A DNA stretch of 64,000 nt from Mobula hypostoma (Eukaryota): positions 212,910,001-212,974,000 of the forward strand of contig NC_086097.1 in the NCBI RefSeq assembly GCF_963921235.1, given 5' to 3'. Made by a program: the position numbers and the translations under genes. Shown in pieces: positions 37,380 to 50,980 of this stretch. The notes under the pieces were generated by a model. That model had not been told where the DNA came from. It saw nothing but the letters and a program-made list of their open reading frames with translations, and searched no databases. Position 1 is the first letter of the stretch. Every line of letters begins with the position of its first letter.

Positions 37380-38109
37380 TGTAAAAACTAACTGCGAGCA
37401 AGCTCGTCCTCCGCCTCTTCTCGTCGAGCCTCTCAAGTCAAAGCCTCAAAGCTCCACTCCTTCACTGGCCGCTTTCCGCACTCACTGGCTGTTTAGTGTT
37501 GCATTTTGGAAGGACAAATCAAGTTAGGACTTTTACATTAAATGGAAAGGCCCTGAACAAAGGGGCCTTGGGATATAGGTGCATAGTCCCCTTAGTGTGG
37601 AGTCACAGATAGAGACAATTGCTAAGAAAGCTTTTTGAAAATTGACCTTCATTAGTCAGGGCACTTCATACATAAGTTGAGAGATCTTATGGCTGTACAA
37701 GATATTAATGTGGCCACAAAGGGTACCCTGTTGAGCTTTGGTCATTCTGGTGTGAGAAAGGTGTTAATAAACGAGAAGGAGTGCATAAAAGATTTACAAG
37801 GATGTTGCCAGGACTCAAAGAATTGAGTTAGATGGAAAAAATAGACAGGCTGGGCCTTTACTCCTTGTAGCATATGAAATTGAGGGATATCTCATTGAAG
37901 CAGATAAATAATAAGTGGCATGGATAATATGAATGGGTCTTTATACAGGGCTGAAGAGTCAAAAATGCAGACTATGTAGTTTTATGGTTAGAGGTGAAAG
38001 ATCTAATAAGAACCTAAAAGGCAGCTTTCTTACACAGTAGGTGATAGATATATGGAACCAGATGCCAGAGGAAGTGGTTGAGGCAGATAAGTTCAATACA
38101 TTTAAGAAG

Positions 38110-38242
38110 ACAGTCCAGAGGAAGGATCTCAACCCAATATGTCCACTGTCCGTTTCCTTCCACAGACCCATCATGACCTGACCCACTGAGATCCTCAAGC
38201 AGTTGATTTTTCCTTTTTCAGACTCCAGCATCTGCAGTGCCC
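38110..38242 (+). mobile_element. Degenerate Penelope-derived short element
   Basis: CAGTCCAGAGGAAGGATCTCAACCCAATATGTCCACTG..TGACCTGACCCACTGAG..CAGCATCTGCAG resembles 16311-16405. Confidence 0.6.
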
Positions 38243-38269
38243 TGTGCCTCTATGTTGCCTTCCAAGATT

Positions 38270-41152
38270 CAGGGGGGTAGCAAAGTGTCAGAAGTAAGGC
38301 GGATGAGCTTGAAGCTCAGGTGCGAATGGGTAACTTTGATGTTGTTGGGATAACGGAGACATGGCTGCAGGGGGATCAGACCTTGGAATTGAATGTACAG
38401 GGGTATACGTGCTATCGAAGGGACAGAAAGGTGGGCAGAGGGGGTGGGGTGGCCCTGTTGTTGAGGAATGAGATTCAGTCTCTTGCAAGGGGGGGACATA
38501 GAATCAGGAGAAGTAGAGTCAGTGTGGATAGAACTGAGGAACAGTAAGGGCAAAAAGACCCTAACAGGTGTTATCTACAGGCCCCCAAACAGTAGCATGG
38601 ATATTGGGTGCAAGTTGAATAGGGATTTAACAATGGCATGTGGCAAAGGAAATGTCGCAGTAGTTATGGGGGATTTCAACATGCAGGTGAACCGGGAAAA
38701 TCAGGTTGGTACTGGACCCCAGGATAGGGAGTTTGTAGAGTGCCCACGGGATGCATTTTTGGAGCAGCTTGTACGAGAGCCGACCAGGGATAAGGCTATT
38801 CTGGATTTAGTGTTGTGCAATGAACAGGATTTGATAAGTGATCTTGAAGTAAAGGAGCCATTAGGAGGTAGTGACCATAATATGATAAGTTTTTATCTGC
38901 AAGTTGAGAGGGATAAGGGCAGATCAGAAGTGTCAGTATTGCAGTTGAACAAAGGAGCCTATGGAGCCATAAGGGAGGAGCTGGCCAAAGTTGACTGGTC
39001 GGATATCCTAGTAGAAAAGACAGTGGAACAGCAATGGCAGGTATTCTTGGGAATAATGCACAAGGTGCAAAATCAGTTCATCCCCCGGAGAAGGAAGGAT
39101 TGAAAGGGGGGAAAGTGGCCACAGTGGTTGACAAAGGAAGTCAGAGATCGAATAGCATTAAAAAAGTATAACAGAGCTAAGGTGAGTGGGAAGACGGATG
39201 ATTGGGAAATTTTTAAGCAGCAACAGAGCTTAACTAAAAAGGCAATACAGGGAGAAAAAATGGGGTATGACCGCAAGCTAGCTAGGAATATAAAGGAGGA
39301 TAGCAAAAATTTTTTTAGGTATTTGAAGAGAAGGAAGATAGTTAAGAACAATGTTGGGCCCTTGAAGAATGAATTGGGAGAAATTGTTATGGGAAACAGA
39401 GAAATGGCAGACGAATTTAATAAGTACTTTGGATCTGCCTTCACTAGGGAAGACCCAAGCAATTTCCCAGATGTATGGATGGGCCATGGACATAGGGTAA
39501 CAGAGGAACTGAAACAGATTGACATTAGGAAGGAAACGGTGATGAGTAGACTGATGGGACTGAAGGCTAACAAATGCCCAGGTCCAGATGGTCTGCATCC
39601 TACGGTACTAAAGGAGGTGGCTCTGGAAATTGTGGATGCATTGGTGATCATTTTCCAATGTTCCTTAGATTCAGGATCAGTTCCTGAGGATTGGTGAATG
39701 GCTAATGTTATCCCACTTTTTAAGAAAGGAGGGAGGGAGAAAATAGAGAACTATCGCCCTGTTAGCCTAACATCAGTAGTGGGGAAGATGCTAGAGTCCA
39801 TTATTAAAGATGAAATAGCGGCATATCTTAATAGCAGTGATAGGATTGGGCTGAGCCAGCATGGATTTACCAAGGGCAAATCATGCTTGACTAATCTATT
39901 GGAGTTTTTCGAGGATGTAGCCAGGAAGATAGATGTGGGAGATCCAGTGGATGTGGTGTACCTTGACTTTCAGAAGGCATTCGATAAGGTACCATATAGG
40001 AGATTGGTGGGTAAAATCAGAGCTCATGGCATTGGGGGGAGGATATTGACATGGATAGAAAACTGGTTGGCAGATAGAAAACAAAGGGTAGCTGTGAATG
40101 GGTGTTTCTCGGAATGGCAGGTGGTGACTAGTGGGGTGCCACAGGGCTCAGTATTGGGACCACAGCTCTTTACAATTTACATCAATGATTTAGAGGAAGG
40201 CATTGTGAATAACATCAGCAAGTTTGCTGATGATACTAAACTGGGTGGCAGTGTGACATGTGATGAGGATGTTAGGAGAATTCAAGGTGACTTGGATAGG
40301 TTGGATGAGTGGGCAGAAACTTGGCAGATGGCGTTTAATGTGAATAAGTGTGAGGTTATTCACTTTGGGAGCAAGAACAGAAAGGCAGATTATTATCTGA
40401 ACAGTGTGGAGTTAGGTAAGGGAGAAATATAAAGAGATCTAGGAGTACTTGTTCATCAGTCTCTGAAGGTGAATGAGCAAGTGCAGCAGGCAGTGAAGAA
40501 GGCTAATGGAATGTTGGCCTTTATTACAAAGGGAATGGAGTACAAGAGCAAGGAAATCCTTTTGCATTTGTACAAGGCCCTGGTGAGACCACAGCTGGAG
40601 TATTGTGTGCAGTTTTGGTCTCCAGGGTTAAGGAAGGACATCCTGGCTGTGGAGGAGGTGCAGCGTAGGTTCACTAGGTTAATTCCTGGGATGTCTGGAC
40701 TGTCTTACGCAGAGAGGTTAGAGAGACTGGGCTTGTACCCGCTGGAATTAAGGAGATTGAGGGGGGATCTGATTGAGACATATAAGATTATTAAGGGATT
40801 GGACAAGATAGAGGCAGGAAATATGTTCCAGATGCTGGGAGAGTCCAGTACCAGGGGGCATGGTTTAAGAATAAGGGGTAGGTCATTTAGGACAGAGTTG
40901 AGGAGGAACTTCTTCTCCCAGTGAGTTGTGGAGGTGTGGAACACACTGCCTCAGAAGGCAGTGGAGGCCAATTCTCTGGATGCTTTCAAGAAGGAGCTAG
41001 ACAGGTATCTTATGGATAGGGGAATCAAGGGTTATGGGGACAAGGCAGGATCCGGGTATCGATAGTAGATGATCAGCCATGATCTCAGAATGGCGGTGCA
41101 GGCTCGAAGGGCCGAATGGTCTACTTCTGCACCTATTGTCTATTGTCTATTG
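38270..41152 (+). mobile_element. CR1 LINE with nearly complete ORF2 (EN + RT), 5'-truncated, a few stops/frameshifts
   Basis: ORFs 38320-40924: GITETW, YRPPNS, MGDFN, SDHN, YLDFQKAFDKVP, QGSVLGP, FADDTK; (CTATTGT)3 tail. Confidence 0.97.
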
Positions 41153-41639
41153 TTAAGGGATAAGCTGGCAATTAAAGGGATTGAACTTTCACTTTAATGT
41201 CCTGTGTACAACCTCTCCCAGTTTTTCCTCAATGGCCAGCATTATATTAGGTCATGCACAGTAGCTCTTTTCTCTAAATCATTTGTGACCTGCATGCAGT
41301 GAACAACAGCCCATTGTGCAGCCATTACCTTGCAGTATCTTGGAGGCACTCATGAGACAAGAGTCCTTCAGACCGGTTTATCAGACTGGGTGTGCCCAAC
41401 AGACAGAAGTGAGCACACAATCCCTGCGCCCCATTTTTTCTCTCGTCCATGGCAAGGTTATCTGCCACTGTAGTACGGCTGCTGTGGTGAGAGCTCTTTG
41501 GGTGTTGGTGCATCGATGTATGTCAGTTGTGAGCTTAGCCTGAACTTAATTGATAACTATCATTATGCTGTTGGCACATATGTTTACCAAATTTTACAAT
41601 ATTCTTCATGAAATCAGAATAGCTGTTAACAATATATAC

Positions 41640-42835
41640 AGCATGTCCATTTCTCCAAGAATGGATGAACTCCAATTTTAAGACAATTCTGTTTAAGTCA
41701 CAATTAAATAAATGTGGCTTTCATGGTAGGTCAAAGGTTGAGGAGAAATCTAATTGAGGTGCTGAAGTAATAAAGGAATTCAATAAAGTGGTGGCAGAGG
41801 AAAAGTAAAGGAGATTCAGAAAAATAAAGTATAGCATTAAAATGAGAGTTGTGGGAGTATCAGGAAGCAGTGTTCCACATAAAAGTTAGCATTTTTCTGG
41901 AGCTGACTTTCCCAGTAGGCGGTGAATACTGAGCCTACTAAAGTAAACAAGAGGGTGAGCAACAGACTTTGTGAGGTGATGATCTCAAGGTAGAAGAGCA
42001 GCAGTGAAGAATGGGTCAGGCTAAATGTAAGATTAAGTTCAGGAACTGAATCATGCAAGACGGAATCAGACCATATCCATACCAACCGATGGTCACCTGT
42101 CCATATCAATCCCATCTTCTAGCACTTGGTCCATATTCTCTTTGCCTAGGCAATTCAGGTGGTCATTTACACACTTCTTAAGATTTCTTAGTTCAAATTT
42201 AATTGTCATTCAACCATACATGAACACCCATGTATACAGCCAAACAAAGCAGCATTACTCTGGTGCTGTCAGTGAATCTCTTTTCACCATAGTCAGTGTA
42301 CTCCAGGTACTCAGCAATCTGGGTAAAAAGGGTCCTTGTCAGATCCCTTCTAAATCTCTTACCTTTATTCTAAAACTAATTTTAGCCATCTCTGATCCGG
42401 AGAAAAGTTCACTACAAACTACCCTATCTATAAACACTGAACAAAGAAGGAGGGAAATCAGAAAGGGAAAAAAGGGCTTGAAATTGATTTGGCAAACAAG
42501 ATCAAGGAGAATCCCAAGAGATTCTACAAGTATACTAAGAGTCGAAAGATGGCTAGGGAGGGATTATGTCCCTTTAAACACCAGCATGGCTGTCTTTATG
42601 TGGAACCATAGAAGCTGAGTGAGATTTTTAATGAGTATTTCTCATTAGTTTTTACTATGGAGAAGATCAAGAAAGATAAGGAATTGAGACAATTGAGTTG
42701 TGATGTCTTGGACCGTATATAAATTAGCAGACCTAACTAACATTGAAGTGGATAAATCCCCAGGACCTGACCAAGTGTACACTCAGAAATTGTGGGAAAC
42801 TAAGGAAGAAATCGCAATGGACCTTACAGACATAT
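41640..42835. mobile_element. Cluster of old CR1 fragments in both orientations
   Basis: CR1 3' end (+) 41640-42060; CR1 3' end (-) 42060-42430; KIKENPKRFYKY..VDKSPGPDQ (+) 42440-42835. Confidence 0.7.
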
Positions 42836-43400
42836 TGAATTGAATTGAACTGAACTATTTCTTACATCCTTCACATACACGAGGAGTAAAAATCTTTACA
42901 TTACATCTCCATCTAAACTTGCAATGTGTAATCATAGTAATTTATAATAAATTGAACAGACAATGTAACACAGAAATACACTCAAATCATCGTAAGTTAA
43001 TCAGTCTGATGGCCTGGTGGAAGAAATTGTTCTGGAGCCTGTTGGTCCTGGCTTTTATGCTGCGGTACTATTTCCCAGATGGTAGCAGCTGAAATATATT
43101 GTAGTTGGGGTGACTCGGGTCCCCAGTGATCCTACGGGCCCTTTTTACACATCTATCCTTGTAAATGTCCTGAATCATGGGAAGTTCACAACTACGGATG
43201 CGCTGGGCTGTCAGCACCACTCTCTGCAGAGTACTGTGATTAAGGGAGGTACAGTTTCCATATCAGGCTGTGATGCAGCCAGTCAGGATGCTCTCAATTG
43301 TGCCCCTGTAGAAAGTTTTTAGGATTTGGGGTCCCATATCAAACATCCTCAACCATCTGAGATGAAAGAGGAACGGTTGTGCCCTTTTCAACACACAGCT
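42836..43400 (-). mobile_element. Rex1 LINE 3' fragment
   Basis: (TTGAA)n tail; minus strand LRMFDMGPQILKTFYRGTIESILTGCITA. Confidence 0.88.
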
Positions 43401-43404
43401 GGTA

Positions 43405-43692
43405 TGTACCACTCGCTATAAACTCTAGAGACTGTTGTGTGTGTAAAACCTAGGAACTCAGTAGGTTCAGAGATTATCAAGCCACCCCATCTGGCACCAA
43501 CTATCATTATATTGTCAAAGTCACTTAGATCACATTTCTTTCCATTTTTATGTTTGGTCTGAACAACAAATGAACCTCTTGACCAGCTATGCATGTTTTG
43601 TGCATTTAGTTGCTGCCATATGATTGGCTGATGAGATATTTGCATTAATGAGCAGGTATACACGGGGTACCTAATAAAGTGGCCACTGAATG
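43405..43692 (-). mobile_element. Tc1-like transposon 5' fragment (TIR + transposase N-terminal HTH)
   Basis: TA|CATTCAGTGGCCACTTTATTAGGTAC TIR; GKKCDLSDFD..MIVGAR.GGL.ISE..EFLGF..TTVSRVY.EW. Confidence 0.9.
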
Positions 43693-43694
43693 TA

Positions 43695-44600
43695 CATCCT
43701 GCAGTATCCTTTCATAGACTTCCTCACTATCCATAACTCCACCAATTTTATCAACAAACTTGCAAATCAACTCACCTATATTTTTGACCCAACCATTTAT
43801 ATATTTTTATATATCACAAGCAAAGAAGTCACAGCACTGATCCCTATTGAACAGGTACTGAATACTATGCTTCTAATTGTACCCTCCTTCTTCTTTAGCC
43901 AATCCAAATGTCAAGGCAATCCATTAGGTCACCATGGCATCCCTATGCCTTAATCTACTATATTAGCCTACCGTGAGTGATTTTGTTGAATGTTTTTCTT
44001 CAGTACATGTACCCTACAGCCACATTCCTACCTACATCAATCACCTCCTTAGAGTGCTCAGTCAGGTTTTAAGACATGACCATGCCTGCACAAAGTCATG
44101 CTGGCTATCCATACGAAGTCTGTGCAGAGGGCATAGCCTCAGAATAGAAAGACATCCATTTAGAGCAGAGATGAAGAGGAATTTCTTTCGCCAGAAGGTG
44201 GCAAATCTGCGTAATTCATTGCAACAGAAGGTGTGGAGAGGCCGGATTGTTGGGTATATTTAAAGTGGTTGATGGGTTCTTGATTAGCAGTAGTGGTGGG
44301 GAGGAGGCAGGAAATGAGGCTGAGGGGGAGAATAAACCAATCATGATCAAATGGCAACGCATATCAGATGGACAGAGTGGCAGGTTCTGCTCCTGTATCT
44401 TATGGTCTTATGGGCTTTTTTCAAATGCTTAATATTATACTCCTCATTCATTCCCCTTTTAACATCTTCTACTTCAGCTAAAACAGACATAGCCTTTATA
44501 GTCTCTCCTTTTCACTGAAACATTCCAGCTCAGGCAACATTCGGATTAATCTCCTCTGCACCCTCTCCAGAGCTATAATATCTTTTTTGAACAGGATATT
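43695..44600. mobile_element. Old CR1 fragments (-,+,-)
   Basis: RT motifs on minus 43695-44110; RNFFRQKVANL (+) 44115-44415; minus fragment 44430-44600. Confidence 0.7.
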
Positions 44601-45799
44601 CTTGTTCTTCAGTTCTTTGATCCACCCCATCCCCCGACACAAAGAAGTAGGACCCTCCACCTGAAAAGCCTAGCAAAACCACATTTGGTATATTCCCACC
44701 AGCGTTGTGTTTGTTGCATGTCTGCTGCAAAACAGTTAAGCTCACATTACGACTTACCAGAAGCAGTCTTAAAAGTTATATCAGATGAGTGAAATACTTG
44801 GTTAGTCTAATAGAAAGGCCATTTAGGGACAAGATTCATGCATATTCTGCTGCCACATCATTGAGGAAACTATGTGACTAAATGCTGTCAGATGCTATCA
44901 TTTACCTAAAGATTTTCTTTCATCAGCTTTCCATGACATGAAGAGAAATCTAACACAAACCAGTGAATGAGAAAAAAAGAAACTATTTAAGCTAGATTGC
45001 CTTTTACCTAAATGTCATCAATCTTGCACTGCATATTGTGGAGCTCAAATACAAAGCAGATAATCCATTGTTTAATAATGTCAAAGTTCATCACTTTCAA
45101 ATCAGGCAGCTGCACAATTATTCATCATTTTTGTCTAAAACGTCTGTTGTAATTTACATTGACTGTAAGGTTCCTGTCTGAATTTATGAAGTATTCTGAT
45201 ACCACAGACAAATCTCTTTATTTTATTTAGTATAATGTCAGATATTTAAGGTAAATCAGATTTGAAGAATTAGTTTTGTTCAGCTATGTTTCTGGGAAAT
45301 CCCTATTCTTCTGTGACAATGGACACCCATTACAAATTGGCTACACAGTCAGAATCTGACAGCTTTTCAATGACAAACATCTGTCCCCAATAATTCTTTT
45401 GTTTCATATCCTTTTATTCAGAACCTATTAGACCAAATCTAGATCTGTCACTGGAAGTACATTGAGACTTCCAGATGGCTGGGTTCTTGGGTCAGGACCA
45501 CAGTGGGGCACATTAATAAAGAGTTTCCAGAATTTAAACTTCCACTTGTGAAGAAAGCACCTGATCAATGAGCAATCAATTGTCTCTGCCAGCAGCCTAA
45601 ATCCTTAGTTTGCATAAAGATTTGCTGGGTACTTCCAATTCTGAGCAACTTGGCAAAGGAGATTTAGGCCCATATTGGATTAAACTGTCATCAGCATATT
45701 TGATAAATGACATTATTACGTCTTACGTCTTGTTCATCTTGTCAGCAGTTATGACGTTGCGAGCGTCACAGAGTTGCGGTTGACAGAAAATCACTATTG

Positions 45800-47195
45800 T
45801 AGGCTTAAAATGCGAGGATACACATTGGATTAAAAGAACAAGGGGTGAGGTGGCTTTGCTGGTAAAACTGAAATCAAATCCTTAGAAGGAGCTGTCATAG
45901 GACCAGAAGATGTAGAATCCTTGTGGCCAGAGTTAATAAACTGCAAGGGTAAAAACATCCTGATAGGAGTTATATAAAGGTCTCCAAATAGAAGCAAAGA
46001 TGTGGGATAAATTACAATGGAAGATAAACAAGGCGTATGAAAAAGGTGATCTTATGACGGTCGTAAGGGATTTCAATATGCAATTCAATTGGAAAATAAG
46101 GTTGGTATTTAATCCCAGGGGAAGGAATATGTAGAATTCCTTCAAGATGGATTTTTAGAGCAGCTTGTGGTTCAGCCCACTAGAAATAGTTCTGATTGGG
46201 TGTTGCGTAATAAAACAAATTTGATAAAGGAGCTTAAGGTAAAAGAACACTTAAGAGGTAGTGATTATAATAAGATAGAATGAACCCTGAAGTTTGAGAA
46301 AAAGAAGCTAAATTCTATGTATCAATATTACAGTTGTGTAAAGACAGATAGGATACAGTGTGGGAAGGTGTATGATATGTATTTTGGTAAAAAGAATGAA
46401 GGTATAGACTATTTTCTAAATGGGGAAAAAATTTAAAAAATCTGAGATGGAAAGGGACTTGGGAGTCCATGTGTAGGATTCCCTAAAGGTTAACTTGAAC
46501 ATTGAGTTGGTGGTCATCATCATCATGATCAGATGCCATGTCCAGTTTGAGCTTTGACTGCCATGGCCCACACACTCCTGTTCGTGAGCTGGTGGTAAGG
46601 AAGGAAAATGCAATGTTAATATGCATTTTGAGAGGACCAGAATATAAAAGCAAGGAAGTAATGCTGAAACTTTTTACAGCTTTAGTAAGACCACATTTGA
46701 AATATTGAGAGCAGATTTGGGCCCATATGTGAGAAAGGATGCGCTGGTATTGGCGAGGGTCCAGAAGAGGTTACGAGAATGATCCTGTGAATGAAAGGGT
46801 TAATATATGAAGAGCATTTGCTGTCTCTGGGCCTGTACTCAATGGAGATTAGAAGAATATGGGAGGGAGATCATTGAAAATTATTGAATGTTGAGGAACC
46901 TGGATTGAGTGACCAGAGGGTAGAGCCTCAGAATAGAAGGACACCCCTTTAGAACAGAGATAAGGAGAAAATTCTTTCCCCAGAGGGTGGTGAATCTATG
47001 GAATCCATTTGTCACAGATGGCGGTGGAAGCCAAGCTACTGGGTATATTTAAAGTGGAGGTTGATTGGTTCTTGTTGAGTAAGAACATCAAAGGTTATAG
47101 GGAGAAAGTAGAAGAATGGTATTGAAGGGAAAATGTCATGCTTGAATGGTGAAGCAGACTTGAAATGCTAAATTGCCTAATTCTTATGGTCTTAT
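45800..47195 (+). mobile_element. Degraded CR1 with a large internal deletion near 46345
   Basis: Endonuclease region joined directly to the RT C-terminus; CR1 tail at 47160-47195. Confidence 0.88.
46515..46585 (-). mobile_element. Extremely 5'-truncated RTE-clade LINE (71 bp)
   Basis: Minus strand NRSVWAMAVKAQTGHGI* + (TGA)n tail; TSD GAGTTGGTGGT (46504-14) / GAGCTGGTGGT (46586-96). Confidence 0.8.
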
Positions 47196-47269
47196 AGTCC
47201 CCAAGTTCAATTTCTTAGTTGCCAATTTAAGACTTAAATCTGTGACATACATACTGTATATTATGTTCA

Positions 47270-49700
47270 TTTTCAGACTTCAGGCCATGTGAGGAGTGGC
47301 TATGGGATTGCTTCGAGTCGACGGACTGAACAGTGTTCAAGGACTCACTTGTGATATGATCTGAATGGATACACCATGGTTGTAATGGACTTTATTAAAA
47401 CAGTTGCCGATGAATGTGCCCCCACAAAATCATTCAGAGTCTTCCCCAAACAGAAGCCCTGGATGAACCATGAGATCTGCAATCTGCTGAGGGCAGGTCA
47501 GAGGCATTCAAGTCTGACGATCAAGTAAGTTACAAGGGGTCTAGGTTTGATCGGCAGAAAGCCACCTCACGGGTGAAGTGGTAATTCCGGAATCAAATGG
47601 AATCAACAAAGTATACTCGACCATTGTGTCAGGGCTTGAATACCATCACCTCTTATAAAGTTAAATCAAGTGGCGTAAGCGACACAGGGCTTCGCTTCCA
47701 TATGAGCTGAATGCCTTTTATGCTCACTTTGACAGTCAAAACATGGAGGAGCTATAACAGCCCCTGATGATCCTGTTATTTCAGTCTCTGAGGCTGACAT
47801 ATGAGATGCCTTCAGCTGGATGCAAGCATCCGGCCTAGATGGAGTATCTGAGCCACTGCTAAAGATCTGTGCTGATCCACTGGCTGGAGTGTTCACTAAG
47901 ATCTTTAACCTCTCACTTCGGCAGTTTGAGGTACCCACCTGCTTCAAACAGGCTTCAATTATACCGGTGCCTAAGAAGAACGTGATAATCTGCCTCAATA
48001 ACTATCGTCCAGTAGCACTTACATCTACATGATGAAATGTTTTGAGAGGTCTTTGATGAAACATATCAACTCCTACCCGAGAAGTAACTTGGATTCACTC
48101 CAATTTGCCTATCTGGGCAATAGGTTTACAGCAGATGCCATCTCAATGGCTCTTCGCTCAACACTGTACAACAGGACAGCAAAGATACATACATCAGGAT
48201 TCTCTTTGTTGATTACAGCTTGGCATTCAATACCCTCAAAACTAATCAATAAGCTTCAAAACCTTGGCCTCCGTACGTCCTTGTGCAATTGGATCCTCGA
48301 TTTCCTCACTTGCAGACCCCAGTCAGTTCAGATTGGCAACAACATCTCCACGATCTCCATCAGCACAAGTGCGCAACAAGACTGTGTATTTTGCTTCCTG
48401 CTCTACTCGCTTTACACTAAGGACCATATGGCTAAGCACAGCTCCAATGCCATACTCAAGTTTGCCTACAACACCACAGTCATTGGTTAAATCAAATGTG
48501 GTGACAAAGCAACCATGTAGGAGGGAGATTGAAAATCTGGTTTAGTGTTGTCATAACAACGACCTTTAACTCAATGTCAGCAGTACCAAGGAGCTGATTA
48601 TTCACTTCGGGAGAAGGAGATCAGAGGTTCTCATCGGGGACTCAGAGGTCGAGAGTGACAGCAGCTGTAAGTTCCCCAGTGTTATTATTTCAGAGAACCT
48701 GTCCTAAGCCAATTACAAAGAAAGCACAGCAACACCTCTAAGCACTTAGGGGTTTGTGTACATTTGGCATGAAAGTTAAAAGTTTGACAAACTTCTATAG
48801 ATATGTAGGGGAGGGTGTATTGACTTGTTGCATCACCGCCTGGTATGGAAACACCAATGCCCATAGGTGGAAAATACTACAAAAGGTAGTGGATATGGCA
48901 CAGTCCATCATGGGTAAAGTTCTCCTCACCATTGCACACATCTACACAACGTTTTGTTTCAGGAAAGCAGCATCCATCATCAGGGACCACCAGCACTCAG
49001 AACACGTTCTCTTCTCATTTGCTGCTGTCAGGAAGAAGGCACAGGAACCTTGGAACTCTGCGTATGTGCTGTATTTTTTGCCCGATCTTTCTCATTTTTT
49101 TTTGTGTGCAAGAGAGAGGATTTGGGGGTCAATGCATCTCTTCCATTTTTGTTTTGTGTGGGTGGAGGGTGGGATTTGAGGGTTGATAATCGTGCTGTCA
49201 TTCTTTCCTTTCTTGGTTTCATGGTTATTTGGATAAGAAGAATTTCAGAGTTAGATACTTTGATAATAAATGAACCTTTGAACCTTTGAACACCACCAGG
49301 TTCAGTAGCAATTAACACCCCTCAACTATCAGGCTCTTGAACCAAAGGGGATACTTTGCTGAACTTCACTTGCCCCATCATTGAGATGTTCTCACAACCT
49401 ATAGACTAACTTTCAAGGACTCTTTATCTTATGTCTTTATATTTATTACTTAATAATAATTTATTATTATTTCTTTCTTTTTGTATTTGCACAGTTTGTT
49501 GTCTTTTGCACAGTGGTTGAATGCCCAAGTTGATGCAGTCTTTCATATATTCTATTATGGTTATTATTCTATTACGGATTTATTGACAAGGAAATTAATC
49601 TCAGGGCTATTTATTGGCCATGTCTACAAGAAAATGAAATCTCAGGGTGGTATATGGTGATATATATGTAATTTGATAATAATTTTACTTTGAACTTTGG
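47270..49700 (+). mobile_element. Rex1 LINE, degraded RT ORF + 3' UTR
   Basis: [60 protein letters not shown]. Confidence 0.93.
49050..49290 (+). mobile_element. Non-autonomous element nested in Rex1 (same family as 19840-20563)
   Basis: GATAATAAAT(GAACCTTT)2 tail; G/T-rich body. Confidence 0.65.
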
Positions 49701-49769
49701 ACTTTGAAATAGGATCCCGTTGATATCGCTTTTTAAAAATTCTGAAGCTGGTTCCCTTCTCAATGGTAC

Positions 49770-49902
49770 TCTAAAACAGCAGATCCTGCAGATGATGGAA
49801 ATCCAGAGTAACACACACAAAATGCAAGAGGAACTAAGAAGGTCAGGCAGCACCTAAGAAAGGGCCTCAGCTCGAAACGCCTGACCTGCTGAGTTCCTCC
49901 AG

Positions 49903-49937
<35 letters not shown>
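49770..49937. mobile_element. Palindromic Penelope-derived element ending in (GT)n
   Basis: ACACACAAAATGCAAGAGGAACT..GGTCAGGC vs GCCTGACC..AGTTCCTCCAGCATTTTGTGTGT; central AAGGGCCTCAGCTCGAAACG hammerhead remnant. Confidence 0.75.
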
Positions 49938-49940
<3 letters not shown>

Positions 49941-50136
49941 CCCTCGATGATACAGTCTTTCTTCATAGCTAGAATTTCCTTGCAATGTCTCTGTAAATGT
50001 CCTCGGTATCTTTTCTATTGCTATCCCAATCTCTGTGTGATGTGGTGACTAGATCTTACTTTCAAAGGATCCCAGACCAGAAGTGTTAGTTGTTTTGCTT
50101 TTCACACCTGATCTGTGGAATGTTTCAACATTTTAA

Positions 50137-50400
50137 GGTAAGGCTTTAAGTTAAGAGGTGGGAATTTCAAGGGGGATATTAGAGGAAGGTTTTTTTACTC
50201 AGAGAGTGGTTGGTGTGTGGAATACCCTGCCTGAGTCAGTGGTGGAGGCAGATACACTAGTGAAATTTAAGAGACTACTAGACAGGTATATGGAGGAATT
50301 TAAAGTGGGTGGGGGGTATATAGGAGGCAGGGTTTGAGGTTCGGCACAACAATGTTGGCCGAAGGGCCTGTACTGTGCTGTGCTATTCTATAATTCTATA
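50137..50400 (+). mobile_element. Young CR1 3' end, same subfamily as 33469-37489
   Basis: Near-identical to the reverse complement of 33470-33700. Confidence 0.95.
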
Positions 50401-50429
50401 AGTCTGTTTTTTGTATCTATTCAGATTTC

Positions 50430-50980
50430 CAACGTAAGCATTTTTCCTGACTTTAATTCTCATGTGCCCATTCCCTTCATTAATCTAAAATGCTACCTTT
50501 AAGGATCAATGGGATTTCCGAGGTTTTTATCTTCCCTGTCATCACTCAATATCCTATTTATTATATATTCCCTTGCCTTGTCGCATTTCCTTTAATCCAT
50601 TATCTCATGTTTCTCTGGATTAAATTCATTCTGTCCAACAGAATAGGCTATGAATCTTCCTGCATTATAAAGCTTCCCTTCTCACTGTCAACAGCATAAA
50701 AGAGTTTGCTTTTTTTTTTGTATCATTGGAAAACTTCTTTGCCATGTCCTGATATTTCAGTAACAATGATTAATCTTTATTATAAAATGCAAAGCATCAG
50801 GCACGGAGCCCTTTGGAACCTTACTGAAAATACCCGTTCTGTTACAAATTAATCTGTCAATGATTACTCTTTGTTTTCTTCCAATGGGCCAGTTTTGAGG
50901 CCAATTTGCCACTGTCCCTTGGATCTCATGGGCTTTCAGTTTTTTTTTGACTAGCCTGCTTTGAGAGACTTTGTCAATGA
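50430..50980 (-). mobile_element. Very old CR1 RT fragment
   Basis: Degenerate DKVS..RL and GFQRAPC(QGSV-like) motifs. Confidence 0.55.

Larger units (their letters stand above)
33469..37489 (-). mobile_element. Near full-length CR1 LINE (4021 bp)
   Basis: 5' UTR with CACTGGC repeats, ORF1, ORF2 and 3' UTR; 6-bp TSD TGTTTA at 33463-68 and 37490-95. Confidence 0.97.
32730..38110 (+). mobile_element. Old CR1 (32730-33468 + 37490-38110) split by a near full-length CR1
   Basis: RT motifs (RQHGFTRERSWLTNL, RVMVGG) continue across the insertion site. Confidence 0.85.
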
